64,000 nucleotides of DNA from Paraspadella gotoi (lineage: Eukaryota; Animalia; Chaetognatha): the NCBI GenBank assembly GCA_051294375.1, contig CM119271.1:13888372-13952371 (forward strand), read 5' to 3'. The notes beneath the pieces were generated by a model. That model did not search any database. It was given only the letters and a program-made list of their open reading frames with translations, and had not been told where the DNA came from. Position numbers and translations under genes: made by a program. Below, one piece after another: positions 42,681 to 54,745 of the stretch; positions within the stretch are counted from its first letter, which is position 1, and each line of letters begins with the position of its first letter.

Positions 42681-43939
42681 ATGCATTCGATTCGTCTCAA
42701 TTTTTCACAAGCAACGAGGTTCGAGAAGTTTCGAACCCTCCATATTTTGGCGCGACTCCACGACGATGTCGCAATCCCGAAATTTCCGAATCAGTTTTCC
42801 CGCGATTTCGTCCGAGATTCCGTCGACCTTTCCCCCGATCGGCGACCGACGGAGCCCGTTCGAGACGTGGGCACGGAACAATCTTTTCGCCGTGCCCTCA
42901 ACTTGGAATGGGGCTACACCGCTATCGACGGCCCGGCCCATTGGCCCGAACATTTCCCTACCGCTTCGGGCAGCATCCAATCCCCGATCGACTTGTCCCT
43001 CGCCACCTCCGTCCACGATCCCAGCCTCTCCGGAGAACCGCTCTCGTGGAGCTACGTTCCTGAAGACTTGGCGCGCGCCTTCAACAACGGACGCCATCTT
43101 CACGTCATCGCCAGTCGAAAGAGGTCGCTACTAGCCGGCGGTCCCTTGCGCGGCCTCTATCGCCTAGAACAGTTACACTTTCATTGGGGCGACGTGAAAG
43201 ACTACGACCACGGATCCGAGCACACCCTCGATGGACGCGCCTTTCCCGCCGAAGCTCATCTCGTCCACTACAACGCCGCCTACGGGGAATTCGCCCACGC
43301 CGTCGTCAAGAGCGACGGCGTCTGCGTTCTTGCATCTTTCATCCAAGATGGCGACGAAAACGAAGCCGCTCGGCCGCTGTTCGACCTTCTGCTTCGGAAG
43401 TGTCGATTTAAAGTTCGTTGTGTTTTTGTTGTATTATTCTCTTCTCTTCTCTTCTCTTCTCTTCTCTTCTCTTCTCTTCTCTTCTCTTCTCTCTTCTTTT
43501 CTCTTTTTCTTTTTCCCCTTCTGCTTCTCCTTTCCCTTACGTTCTTTTTCTTTCTTTCGTCTTTCCTCCTTCTTTTTACATTCCATACAATTTCAACCCT
43601 TTTGAAGTCAACTAACCAATAACATCCCAATAACTCACCCAACAAAACCACAAGGGCGACGTGATGGACCTTACCTCCCTGGGAGGCTTCGACGCCACCT
43701 CCCTAATCCCCTCTTCGCTCGACTACTTCACCTACTCTGGGTCCCTGACCACGCCCCCTTGTTTCGAGTCGGTCAAGTGGATCGTCTTCGTCGAGCCCGT
43801 CACTTTCTCTCGGGCGCAGCTCGACATACTCAAGAATCTGCACGCCGACAGGGACGAGCACGGGCAGCTCATCAGCAACAACTATCGCCCAATCTGCCCT
43901 TTGAATGATCGATTGCTCGTTCGAAGCTTTGGAGAATAA
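42681..43939 (+). CDS. Alpha-carbonic anhydrase (2 exons: ~42681-43412, 43655-43939)
   Basis: WGY..GPAHW, QSPIDL, NNGRH, QLHFHWG, GSEH, FPAEAHLVHYN (three Zn-ligand His intact), YSGSLTTPPCFESVKWIVF, NNYRP. Start codon inferred. Confidence 0.93.
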
Positions 43940-44085
43940 ATTAGAAATAAATTAGAATAAATTACCTTTTTTTTTCGGTAGTGGCTACTTTTTTAATGCA
44001 TAGTCCTTAAAAAAATGTTATATCCTTATGCCATGTAACTGTATTGTTTTTGACAGATAATGAAGCTGTAGCTGAATTTGGGGTC

Positions 44086-47000
44086 ATGATGGCTCCACCG
44101 CGCCGTTGTGGCGCCAACTTTAGTTTGATAGTTATAGTCGTCGTCGTCGTCGATGTTTTCTCGATTCTTCAGGTCGAGTCTAAGTCCAACTTGACCTTCA
44201 ATTCTGAATTCAAGATTGAGGTTCGAAAAACAAATAATTAAAAATAAAATCCTAAATTAAAATTTAAGTATTTATTTATCATTTACCGACTAGTTGATTT
44301 CAGGGCGTGAGCCTTGGCCAAGTGAGCGGCGTGGCTTTGACTTTGGAAGGCGACCTTCTCGTCTTTCATCGTGGCAACAGGGCATGGGGTCAAGACACTT
44401 TCAACCCGGACAATACTTTATCCCAAAAATATAGAACGCCCATTTCGCAGAATACAATTCTTCTTGTAAAGTAAGACATTTGAATTATTAGTTATGACAA
44501 TCAATTTTTATTTATTAATGTCGTCTATTTCATAAGGCAGAATACCGCGAAAATTAAGCACTTAACTGGTGCAAACATGTTTTACATGCCTCATGGTATC
44601 ACCGTCGATCACGAAGGAGCCGTTTGGCTCACTGATGTCGGCACTCACCAGGTAAGAGCATTTGTTTAATCAGATTAAATGTTGATTTATGAGAAAAGAG
44701 AAGAAAAAAGTCAAATTAGTAATATTAAAAGGAGTCTTTAGCAGAGTATCTGAATAATTTAATTAATAAGCTATCTTGCCCCTGATCAATGATGATCTGA
44801 CACATCTGATATATCTCAGTGAAAGAGTCAAATAAGAAATATTTGTAGGTCTTCAAGTTCTCATCGTTATCGGCGTCTGAGCCTGCATTGACCCTGGGTG
44901 AGAAGTTTGTTCCTGGAAATGACGACCATCACTTCTGCAAACCGACCGACGTTGCTGTTGACTCCGAGGGAAATTTCTTTGTCGGTGATGGATATTGCAA
45001 TGTTCGAGTCCTCAAATTCTCCCAGGACGGAAAGTTGATCGCGGAAATGAAGCCTCTTGGAACCAATTTTAGTATTCCTCACAGTTTGACTCTGGACAAT
45101 TACTCAGGTAAGGGGCCATTTTTATTTTTCATTTCACTTGTCTTTTTGTTTACATCTACTCTTTTCTCAATACTGAAGACGAATTGTACGTCGCGGACCG
45201 CGAGAACGGAATCATTAGAGTTTTCCACGCGTTTACGTGTGTTGAACTTCGTCGCATCGAATCCTCGCAATTCGGTCGTGTTTTCGCCGTTGCATTTTCG
45301 GCCCAGGGGAAACTGCTGTATGCCGTCAACGGTGAGATAGAGTCATTTCACGCCAGTTTGTAATTTTTAATTCCTTTATGGAATATTAATTCTATATCGG
45401 TCCACCTCGCCACGAAATGCCCTTTTGTTCGCGGTAGTCGATAGATCGCGCGTTTATCAGAGTAAGAAAAACGAACAAAATAACATCGAGAGATGCAAAA
45501 AAGAAAAACCAGGGAACGCCGTCACATGACCGGCCCTGACCAATGGAAGCCCGGCAAATCCTCCTCGGGCTCCCTCTCCCTCATCCGGGCTTGGAAGTCC
45601 TCAATCGTCTCCAGAAAGGTCCCGGAGAGGCGCCTCAAGCGACGCCCCTGTAGAAAAACCAGAAGACGGTCTTTTGCGCGCCAGAACAAAATCCAGCGCG
45701 AAGATGACGCCGAGATCCACTCCGCGAGCGTCGATCCCGGAAACTTCGAGACCTCCGAGAAGAGGTCCCCGAATGGGAGCGAAGCACCACGTCGAGGGCC
45801 GACGGACGGCGGAGCGGGGCGCAGAAGAGAAAATCGTGCGGCGGCGCAAAAAGGAGAGCTAGTGCCGTCGTCTGGGCCGCGATACGAGGGCGGCAAAACA
45901 TCAAGATGCGTGGGCGGGCCAAAAGGCCCGATCCTAAAGGTCTAAAAACGTCGATGGAACCAAACGCCACAGGACTGCCACTGAGGAAGGTGGCCCGCGT
46001 CGCAGCGAAGAGAAAAGAACTCTGAAGGGCGACGTGCCGATGCTAGAGCGACGAAGAAGCGCGAGCGTCGGAGAAAAACGCCCGGCGCGACCGGAAGTGG
46101 CGCCGTGTCGAAGCGCAAAACTGAGGCGGCGCTCCCTTCAGGGAGAGTTGCTGAGACGGCTGATCCGAGAAGGTTGATCGTGCTGTCGGCGAGACCCTTC
46201 TCGCACAACTACCCGAGGAAACGCAGGACGTCTTCAGGAGAGACTGCAGACCCTTGAGCCTCTCCATCCCGAAGGAAGACGTCAGAAGAGACTCCAAGCT
46301 CCCGCGAAGAGCTCCCTGTTAGACCTCTCCAGCATCGGCAATGATGGAGAAGGTAGAATTGTCGAGGTCAGAAAAAATGGCAACGCCTAACAACCTCCTG
46401 ACGGCGAGCTTGAAAGCGGCGGTGGAAACCCTGAATCAAGGTCTGCGACAAGGTCCTTGGACGCCGGAAAGCGTCTCCTCCAGAAACCGAAGAGGCTCAA
46501 AACCCAACTGAGCCCGCCAGAGCGTGGAGATCAGGGGAAAAACGCCCTTCGTCATCCCCTGCTTGTGGATCTCCAGCGTCAGAAGAGAAGGGTAGGCCAG
46601 GCCAAGGGCCCAGACAAGGCGCCAAGGCGTCTATCCCCTCCGCTTCCGGCGTCGCCTCCCATGCGAAACAGTTGAACTTGAGCTGAAAGGGGCGACGCAA
46701 AGAGGTTGATGCTGGAGGAGGTTGAGGACGTCGACCAACTGAAGGAACACCCTTCGGGGAAACCAGATCGCCAAGTTGCGGCTCCTCAACGCCTGACCTG
46801 TGAGGAGAACCTCCTCTGAGTAAGAAAACCCTGAGCAGCGGATCCTCAACTACGAGGCAAGAAGAGTCTCTCTGATGAACTTGAGGAGAACCCGCGACCT
46901 GCTGCAGTCCCAAAGAAGGCAGAAAAGGGTGATGAGGCTGACCATCTCCCTAAGATGGATGCGCTGTGGAGTGAGGCCCTGAACTTGAGGGGAGGCTTCC

Positions 47001-50000
47001 GGTCGTCACCTCCAGCGTGCAAAACCTGCAGAAGGTCGCCCAGGCGACGTCAAACGGCGCAAAAAGCTGGCCTGGAAAGGTCTACGGTCCTCCATCGCTG
47101 GAGAATGAGCGGGGTCAGGCGGTCAAACCTTCTTTGCCCTTTAGGCGCGAAAGAAAACTCGTCGGATCAATGAAGGCCGGCAACGCAGCGGCGGGGCTCG
47201 CCAAGGATGCCGCCGTCAAAAGCCAAAAGCTGACAAGCGCGCGGAGAGTGCGTTGGCAGAGAAGAAAAACCCCGTCTCCTTGAGCCACATCGTCCGTCGA
47301 GTGGCTCGTCGATGGTCATCGCGCGTACGCCGAGTGGCTGGTCGACAGTTCATGCGCCGAGTGCTGGTCGATCAGCAGCTGCACTGGCCGAGTGGCTGGT
47401 CGACAGTCATGCGCCGAGTGGCTCGTCGACAGTGGTCTGCCAAGTGGCTCGTCGACCGTGGTTCGCCGAGTGGCTCGTCGATAGTGGCTCGCTGAGTGGC
47501 TCGTCGACAGAGGTTCGCCGAGTCGGTCTCGTCGACAGTGTCGCCGAGTCCTCGACAGTGGTCCGCGAGTGGCTCGTCGACAGCGGACCGCCGAGAGGCT
47601 CGTCGACAGTCAATCGCCGAGTGTGTCGAGGGGTCCGACGACATCGAGAGGCTCGTCGACATTCTCCCGGCTGGAGAGCCCCGGAACCAGATGTCGTATG
47701 AGAAGGCGGCGGCGTGAAAACGACATCGAAACGCCAGTGGGGCGGAAGCGCCTGACAAGAGCGTCGACGTCCTGACGAGTGAAAAGTCCCACCAAGCGCC
47801 TCGTCGAGGCGTCCTTCGAAGGACGCGCCATCCAGCATGAAAAAGAACGGGAGATGAGGTCCAAGATCAAAAAGGGGCGCCGTCTCCGTCCATCGGAACG
47901 AGGATGATCTTGGGGAAGAAGCCCAGCGACGCCGAGACTCCCTTGAAGGCGTTGTTGAACGACGCCGCCACAAACTAAGTCGACCAACGGCGTGAGTCTC
48001 CAAAGGAAGGAGACTAGACGGGACCTCCACGCCCAGTGAGCGGGGATCCTGAAAGGCCTTGGAGGAAGGGTGACGCCCTTCCAATGAAAGATGGGCCTCC
48101 GATGGGTAAATCCGAGAGGATCGCCGGCGTAGAGAAGTCCGAGCACCCAAAAACCGGTGGCGGAGCTAAGACGTGAACGCGATGGCGGCGTTACGATGCA
48201 AGAGCCGGGGTGAATCCTGGCTAAATCCCGTGGGTCGGACATCTTGGACCACTAGCGCTTGAAAGACCGCTTGGGAAGGAAGCGAGGGCGCTTGTCGGCA
48301 GCGGATCTAGCACGGGGGTTGAAACGACGCCGCGTCGAAAAGTGGGCGCCGAAACCACCTGCGTCTCCTGACGGCGGAACTCGCCGATGGAGCGGCTGAG
48401 GGACGCCGCTAGAAAAAAACGCCGCGTCGCAGATCAGGGGCGGCGAGGACGTCAACGCTGGGAGGAGACGTCGATAGGAAAGAGTGCCGATGTCACCGGC
48501 GCCTCCTGAAAGCCGGGGCGCCGCTGAGTCTCCGATGTCGGATCTCACCGACGAAGCGGTCGAGGGACTTTGCTAGAAACGCCGCGTCGTGGAGCGGGGC
48601 GGCGAGGACGTCAACGCTAGAAAAGACGTCGTCCCTGGACGAGCCATAGCGGAGAGTAGCCTTGATGAGGTTTCGCCGATGGTCGGGTGGCTCGTCGACC
48701 AGTGTCCGGCCGAGTGGCTCTCGACAGTGGTCCGCGAGTGGCTCGTCGACAGCGATCCGCCGAGAGGTCTCGTCGACAGTCAATTCGCCGAAGTGTGTCG
48801 AGGGGGTTCCGACGACATGCGAGAGGCTCGTCGACATTCATCCCTCGGCTGGAGAGCCCGAATCCAGATCGTTCGTATGAGAAGGCGGCGGCCGTGAAAA
48901 CGACGAGTCGAAACGCCGGGGGCGGAAGCGCCTGATCAAGGCAGGCGTCCGACGGTCCTGACGAGTGAAAAGTCCCACCAAGCGCCTCGTCGAGGCCGTC
49001 CCTTCGAAGGAAACGCGCAGCATCCCAGCAATGAAAAAGAACGGGAGATGAGTACCAAGATCAAAAAGGGGCGCCGTCTCCGATCCAATCGAACGAGATG
49101 ACTGGGAGACAGCCCAGCGACGCCCGAGAAACTCCCTTGAAGGCTGTTGTTGAACGACGCCGCCACAAACAAGTCGACCAAGCGGCGTGAGTCCTCCAAG
49201 GAAGGACTAGACCGGGAACTCCACGCCCCATGAGCGGGGATCCTTGAAAGGCCTTGGAGGAAGGGTGACGCCCTTCCAATAAAGTGGCACTTCCGATGGT
49301 AAAATCGAGAGATCCGCGCGGCGTAGAAAGTCCGAGCACCCAAAAACCGAGTGGCGGAAGCTAAGACGTGAACGCGAGATGAGCGGCGTACGATGCAAGA
49401 GCCAGGGGTGATCCTGGCTAAATAAACTCGTCGGATCAATGAAGGCCGGCAACGCAGCGGCGGGGCTGCCAAGGATGCCGCCGTCAAAAGCCAAAAGCTG
49501 ACAAGCGCGCGGAGAGTGCGTTGGCAGAGGAAGAAAAACCCCCGTCTCCTTGAGCCACATCGTCCGTCGAGTGGCTCGTCGATGGTCATCCGCCGAGTGG
49601 CTGGTCGACAGTCATGCGCCGAGTGGCTGGTCGACAGTCATGCGCCGAGTGGCTCGTCGACAGTGGTCTGCCAAGTGGCTCGTCGACCGTGGTTCGCCGA
49701 GTGGCTCGTCGATAGTGGCTCGCTGAGTGGCTCGTCGACAAAGAGAGAGATGGAGAACCCGCGACCTGCTGCAGTCCCAAAGAAGGCAGAAAAGGTGGAT
49801 GAGGCTGACCATCTCCCTAAGATGGATGCGCTGTGGAGTGAGGCCCTGAACTTGAGGGGAGGCTTCCGTCGTCACCTCCAGCGTGCAAACCTGCAAAGGT
49901 CGCCCAGGCGACGTCAAACGGCGCAAAACGCTGGCCTGGAAAGGCTCTACGGGTCCATCCTCGCTGGAGAATGAGCGGGGTCAGGCGGTCAAACCTTCTT

Positions 50001-53000
50001 TGCCCTTTAGGCGCGAAAGAAAAACTCGTCGGATCAATGAAGGCCGGCAACGCAGCGGCGGGGCTTCCAAGGATGCCGCGTCAAAGCCAAAGCTGAAAGC
50101 GCGCGGAGATGCGTTGCAGAGAAGAAAACCCCCGTCTCCTTGAGCCACATCGTCCGTCGAGTGGTCGTCGATGTCATCCGCCGAGTGGCTGGTCGAACAG
50201 TCATGCGCCGAGTGGCTGTCGACAGTCATCGCCGAGTGGCTGGCGACAGTCATGCGCCGAGTGGCTGGTCGACAGTCATGCGCCGAGTGGCTCGTCGACA
50301 GTGGTCTGCCAAGTGGCTCGTCGACCGTGGTTCGCCGAGTGGCTCGTCGATAGTGCTCGCTGAGTGGCTCGTCGACAGAGGTTCGCCGAGTGGCTCGTCG
50401 ACAGTGGTCCGCCGAGTGGCTCGTCGACAGCGGACCGCCGAGAGGCTCGTCGACAGTCAATCGCCGAGTGTGTCGAGGGTCGCGACGACATCGAGAGGCT
50501 CGTCGACATTTCTCCCCGCTGGAGAGCCCGGAACCAGATGTCGTATGAGAAGCGCGGCGGCGTGAAAACGACATCGAAACGCGCATGGGGGAAAGCGCCT
50601 GACCAAGAGCGTCGACTGTCCTGACGAGTGAAAAGTCCCACCAAGCGCCTCGTCGAGGCGTCCTTCGAAGGACGCCGCCATCCATCATGAAAAAGAACGG
50701 GAGATGAGGTCCAAGATCAAAAAGGGGCGCCGTCTCCGTCCATCGGAACGAGGATGATCTTGGGGAATGAAAGCCCAGCGACGGCCGAGACTCCCTTGAA
50801 GGCGTTGTTGAACGACGCCGCCACAAACTAAGTCGACCAACGGCGTGAGTCTCCAAAGGAAGGAGACTAGACGGGACCTCCACGCCCAGTGAGGCGGGAT
50901 CCTGAAAGGCCTTGGAGGAAGGGTGACGCCCTTCCAATGAAAGAGTGGGCCTCCGATGGGTAAATCCAAGAGGATCGCCGGCGTAGAGAAGTCCGAGCAC
51001 CCAAAAACCGTGCCGGGCTAAGACGTGAACGCGATGCGGCGTTACGATGCAAAGCCGGGGTGAATCCTGGCTTAAATCCCCGTGGGTCGGACATCTTGGA
51101 CCACTAGCGCTTGAAAGACCGCTTGGGAAGAAGCGAGGGCGCTTGTCGGCAGCGGATCTTGCACGGGGGTTAAACGACGCCGCGTCGAAAAGTGGGCGCC
51201 GAAACCACCTGCGTCTCCTGACGGCGGAACTCGCCGATGGAGCGGCTGAGGACGCCGCTAGAAAAAAAAACGCGCGTCGCAGATCAGGGGCGGCGAGGAC
51301 GTCAACGCTGGGAGGAGACGTCGATAGGAAAGAGTGCCGATGCTACCCGGCGCCTCCTGAAAGCCGGGGCGCCGCTGAGTCTCCGATGTCGGATCTCACC
51401 GACGAAGCGGTCGAAGGGATTTGCTAGAAACGCCGCGTCGTGGAGCGGCGGCGGCGAGGACGTCAACGCTAGAAAGACGTCGTCCCTGGACGAGCCATAG
51501 CGGAGGTAGCCTTGATCCTGCGCGCAGCCCCGTCAGCGATCAAGAGGGAGGCGTTAACGTCCGCAACATCAAACCTGCGGCGCAAGAGGGAACGGAGAGA
51601 AGTCGTGAAACCCTTGGAAAACGCCCTCTCAAAAATCGCGGGAGAAGCACTTGAGCGGCGTCGGAACGGTGAACTCCGACAAAGTCGCGAGGACCCAGAA
51701 GCGGTTCAGCTGGCCGCCTGGCGTGCAACGCGTTCCTGCCGAGAACGTCGTCGATCCCTGCGCGGGCGAAAAGTCGCGGACCTAAAGGGTCCACCGTCCA
51801 AGTACTAACGGGCCCGACGTTGCTTAACTTCGGTGATCAGCCGAGAGCGGAGGAACCAACGTGGGATAGATGGGGGANNNNNNNNNNNNNNNNNNNNNNN
51901 NNNNNNNNNNNNNNNNNNNNNNNNNNNNNNNNNNNNNNNNNNNNNNNNNNNNNNNNNNNNNNNNNNNNNNNNNNNNNNNNNNNNNNNNNNNNNNNNNNGG
52001 AGGGACCTTCGTCAACCTGTTCGTCAGCAGTGGCTCATAAAAGCCGTTGAATTCTTTATCAGATAAAGACGGTGCTTCTCCTTCCTCCGCCGTAATCGGA
52101 GGAACATTCGGCGTCCGGATCCGGCACTTTGTGGGACCGGAGCCGCTTAGATGGAGGCGAGGCCGCTTGGCGGTCTGGGGCGTATCTGAGAGGGACGCCC
52201 ACTGGAGTCGAAACAGCTTGGAGATGCATGGAACAGCTTGGAAGGAGATCGAAGCGAGTCAGAGCGGCGAAGCGTAGTGGAGAAAAACCGGACCGATATG
52301 GAATCGTCACATGTAAAAAAACGTAAGCGGTAAACAAATTAGCGCGAGGAATTAAACGAAAAAACTCCCGAACCCCCCCCCTCCCTTCTCCCCCAACCCC
52401 CTTTCCCTACGCCACACCAAAGCCATGAAAAAAATGGTAGGTGACAAAAAAGGGGAGGACGGTGGGATCGTGGCGAGGTGGACCGATATAGAATTAATAT
52501 TCCATAAAGGAATTAAAAATTCTCATATCGGTCCACCTTGCCACGAAATGCCCCCTGCCAAGAGGCGGAGGGAAACCAGTTCTAAAAATAATTTTCGATC
52601 GAAAACGAAAAATAAGAATTTTCAAAATCACCCAAAAAAATTGAAAAAAAAGAAATAAAGGAGAAACAAAAAGAGGGAGGCGAGGCGTTCAAAAGAACGA
52701 GCTAACCCCCACTACGCCCCCAACGGGTAACAACTCACCGCTAGAGAGCGTCGAGACGCTGGAAAGACTCGCGTAGAAACTGTCGAAATCCTTCATCCAA
52801 GCTGTTCAATGACGAGATCATCGTCGTGTGGACAGACTCCAGTCCTCTGGCCCGGACAGACGGCGGCCTGTCCCGACCGGCCGCCACTTGGCCCGACAGC
52901 GGTGTAAGCAGCTGACGCGGGCGAGACCCCCACCGCTCGGCCGGGCAACGGAAAATGTCGGTTGGTACGGGCCGAGCCCCCTAAAACCGATGGAATCGGG

Positions 53001-54122
53001 CTGCCGAAAACCGCGGTTATAGGGGGGAGAAGGTGGCAGTGGTGGGGGTGGTGGCGGCGGGGGTGAGACCGCTCAGGTCCTTTGACCTCTCAAGCCCCCC
53101 TCTGAGGGATCTCCATTCCCTCTCTACGACCCAGAGACTTGTCCGAACGTGTACGGTTGACGGGCTGCCTGCCCGAACGTTCGTCTCTGATATCGATATC
53201 GATATAATATATATTTATATATATAATGAGCGGATTTCGGTCGTAAAAACCTTAAAAAATACTCGAGAGATTCACGAAATCGTGAAAAACGTGAGAAAAA
53301 ACTCGAGAAAACGCCAAAAAACGTGAGAAAAAACGCGAAATCTAATCAGTGAGAACCGAACTCGTGAGCGCGAAAAAAAGATTGAGGACTTCCAAGCCCG
53401 GATGAGGGAGAGGAGCCCGAGGAGGATTTGCCGGGCTTCCATTGGTCAGGGCCGGTCATGTGACGGCGTTCCCTGGTTTTTCTTTTTTGCATCTCTCGAT
53501 GTTATTTTGTTCGTTTTTCTTACTCTGATAAACGCGCGATCTATCGACTACCGCGAACAAAAGGCGCATTTCGTGGCGAGGTGGACCGATATGAGAATTA
53601 TGGAGTTCCAACTTTTAAGTTTTACCCAAGAAAATCCAAAACCCAATTAAAATAATACAACTTAAATGAAACCAGTTGACAAACCTTCAAAATGTAATTT
53701 TTCGCTCTTCATATCTAACAGACATGAAGACAATTTCAGACATTTCATTTCAGACAATTCACAAATTAATCTGCTACACATATACGAATGGACGTCTCTT
53801 GGCAGCCCTCGTCGGCTGCCACGAACGCCCATGCTGTTGATCAACTAAGCGCATTGAAAATCAGTGTTACTGTCAGTTTTATCAAATGTTAATCTAAAAA
53901 TGTTTATTTTTCGCGTTTTAAATTCCAGGCGGCTCGGAAAATCCAGAAATCAAAGTGAAAGGCTTCACGATTTCTGGCTCTGACATCGTCGACTCGTGGA
54001 ATCGATTCTCCTCAAAATTTCATCAACCTCACGACATCGCCGTCAGCAAAAATGGAAAAAACGTCTTCGTCGCCGAAATCGGGCCCAACCGAGTTTCCAA
54101 GTTCACCGTCTCTCGTCCTTAA
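44086..54122 (+). CDS. Monofunctional peptidyl-alpha-hydroxyglycine alpha-amidating lyase (PAL, NHL repeats), ~6 exons; last intron ~8.6 kb contains the DIRS-like element
   Basis: Hydrophobic leader, LGQVSGVAL..LLVFHRGNRAW, FYMPHGITVD..WLTDVGTHQVFKF, LGEKFVPGNDDHHFCKPTDVAV..FFVGDGYCN.RVLKFS, FSIPHSLTL, VADRENG, then after the intron FHQPHDIAVS..VFVAEIGPNRV; stop 54120-54122. No PHM domain upstream. Confidence 0.9.
45387..45606. repeat. Left ITR (3' ITR of the element), preceded by the ~25-nt terminal extension 45362-45386
   Basis: Reverse complement of 53380-53599 with only a few small differences. Confidence 0.93.
45635..46260 (-). pseudogene. Frameshifted, deleted tyrosine recombinase remnant
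   Basis: SPEDVLRFLG*LCEKGLADSTINLLGSAVS (N-terminal domain), FFVALASARRPSE (first catalytic Arg motif), PGST.., RGVDLGVI..RAG..SG..T.FWFFYR (C-terminal Tyr region), spread over several frames. Confidence 0.75.
46480..47060 (-). pseudogene. RNase H and methyltransferase-like (MT) remnants of the DIRS pol ORF
   Basis: EVTTEAS (cf. TTDAS) and IHLREM (cf. HINxLE), clearest in the duplicate at 49612-49926; PEAEGIDAL...WPGL and LISTLWRAQ (cf. ILIAPxWPxQ). No RT YxDD motif found. Confidence 0.5.
46885..51515. repeat. Internal block duplications and ~20-bp tandem repeats (cgccgagtggctcgtcgacagt) within the DIRS-like element
   Basis: 46885-48665 is repeated at 49752-51515; partial third copies at ~48690-49740. 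Confidence 0.9.
51788..51867 (-). ncRNA. 5S rRNA-derived segment (about nt 11-92 of 5S, including the internal Pol III control region); not a full 5S gene
   Basis: Minus strand atcccacgttg gttcct ccgctctcggctgatcaccgaagttaagcaacgtcgggcccgttagtacttggacggtggacc matches the invertebrate 5S pattern ATACCACGTTG..CCGGTTCTCGTCCGATCACCGAAGTTAAGCAACGTCG.GCCCGGTTAGTACTTGGATGGGTGACC (recalled, not searched). Confidence 0.85.
51878..51998. other. Assembly gap (121 N)
   Basis: Run of N. Confidence 1.
52468..52551 (-). other. Internal complementary region (ICR) of the DIRS-like element
   Basis: tcgtggcgaggtggaccgatatagaattaatattccataaaggaattaaa-AATT-ctcatatcggtccaccttgccacgaaatgc is the reverse complement of the left end joined to the reverse complement of the right end through a shared AATT. 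Confidence 0.92.
53380..53599. repeat. Right ITR (5' ITR of the element)
   Basis: Reverse complement of 45387-45606; ends gaccgatatgagAATT. Confidence 0.93.
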
Positions 54123-54745
54123 ATCTCAAATCTCAAACTCTTTGTGGGCGTCAGGGTCGGAGTGGTGTCGGCTGGTGAAGGGCTTCGAGTTTAGTGTTTT
54201 TTTTCCTCCCTTTTTTTGGTAACAGTTGGATATGTGATCTACCTCGGGTATTTGTACAAATACTTGAAAATTTCGGATCTGATTTTTTTTAATTTGACGT
54301 CGCTTTAAAAATTCACATAAAATTTTTTTACCTCCTACAAATTTAGTAACGTTATTACAATCCATATTTTACACGCATAAAATACATCAAGTATGACAGC
54401 TATTTTCTTTTTGGTGAAGGGCATAATTTTTTATACTTGAAATCAGTGTTTGTTGTTTCGGAATCATACGGTTATGGACCATTATTTTTACATCTTTTTT
54501 TTTTCTAAAAGCACTTATGTATTATCAACAATCTGCTAAATCATGTCTCATTGGGCTATATTTTTTTATATATTTATATAATTTTTAAGGACAAAATCCT
54601 CTAAAAAAAAAAACTCTTGAATGTCGACGGCGTTGATATGACTAGGAAATGAGACGCGGGCGTCGAAAGACTCGATTCGCGCCGAATTAACATCGACGAC
54701 GGCGAAACCGTCGGTCGCTTCCATCAGGGAAAGTCGTGAAGCGAG

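Larger units (their letters stand above)
45362..53599 (-). mobile_element. Degenerate DIRS1-like tyrosine-recombinase retrotransposon (~8.2 kb as assembled)
   Basis: ~215-bp ITRs, an extension outside the left ITR, an internal region complementary to both ends, AATT at both termini and at the ICR junction, and YR/RNase H/MT-like remnants on the minus strand. Contains an N gap. Confidence 0.9.

Noticed and set aside
47770-47790. ctgacga..gaaa as a hammerhead core in the DIRS repeats
   Set aside because: Only 2 nt between the motifs, so no stem II, and no supporting stems I or III.
47290-50500. CRISPR-like appearance of the gagtggctcgtcgac repeats
   Set aside because: Units are ~20 bp with only a few variable bases, no unique spacers, no cas genes, eukaryotic context.
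51788-51867. Functional 5S rRNA gene
   Set aside because: The 5' and 3' helix I strands and oligo-T terminator are missing; kept as a 5S-derived segment only.
44086-54122. Bifunctional PAM gene
   Set aside because: No copper monooxygenase (PHM) exons; the carbonic anhydrase stop is ~150 bp upstream of the PAL leader.
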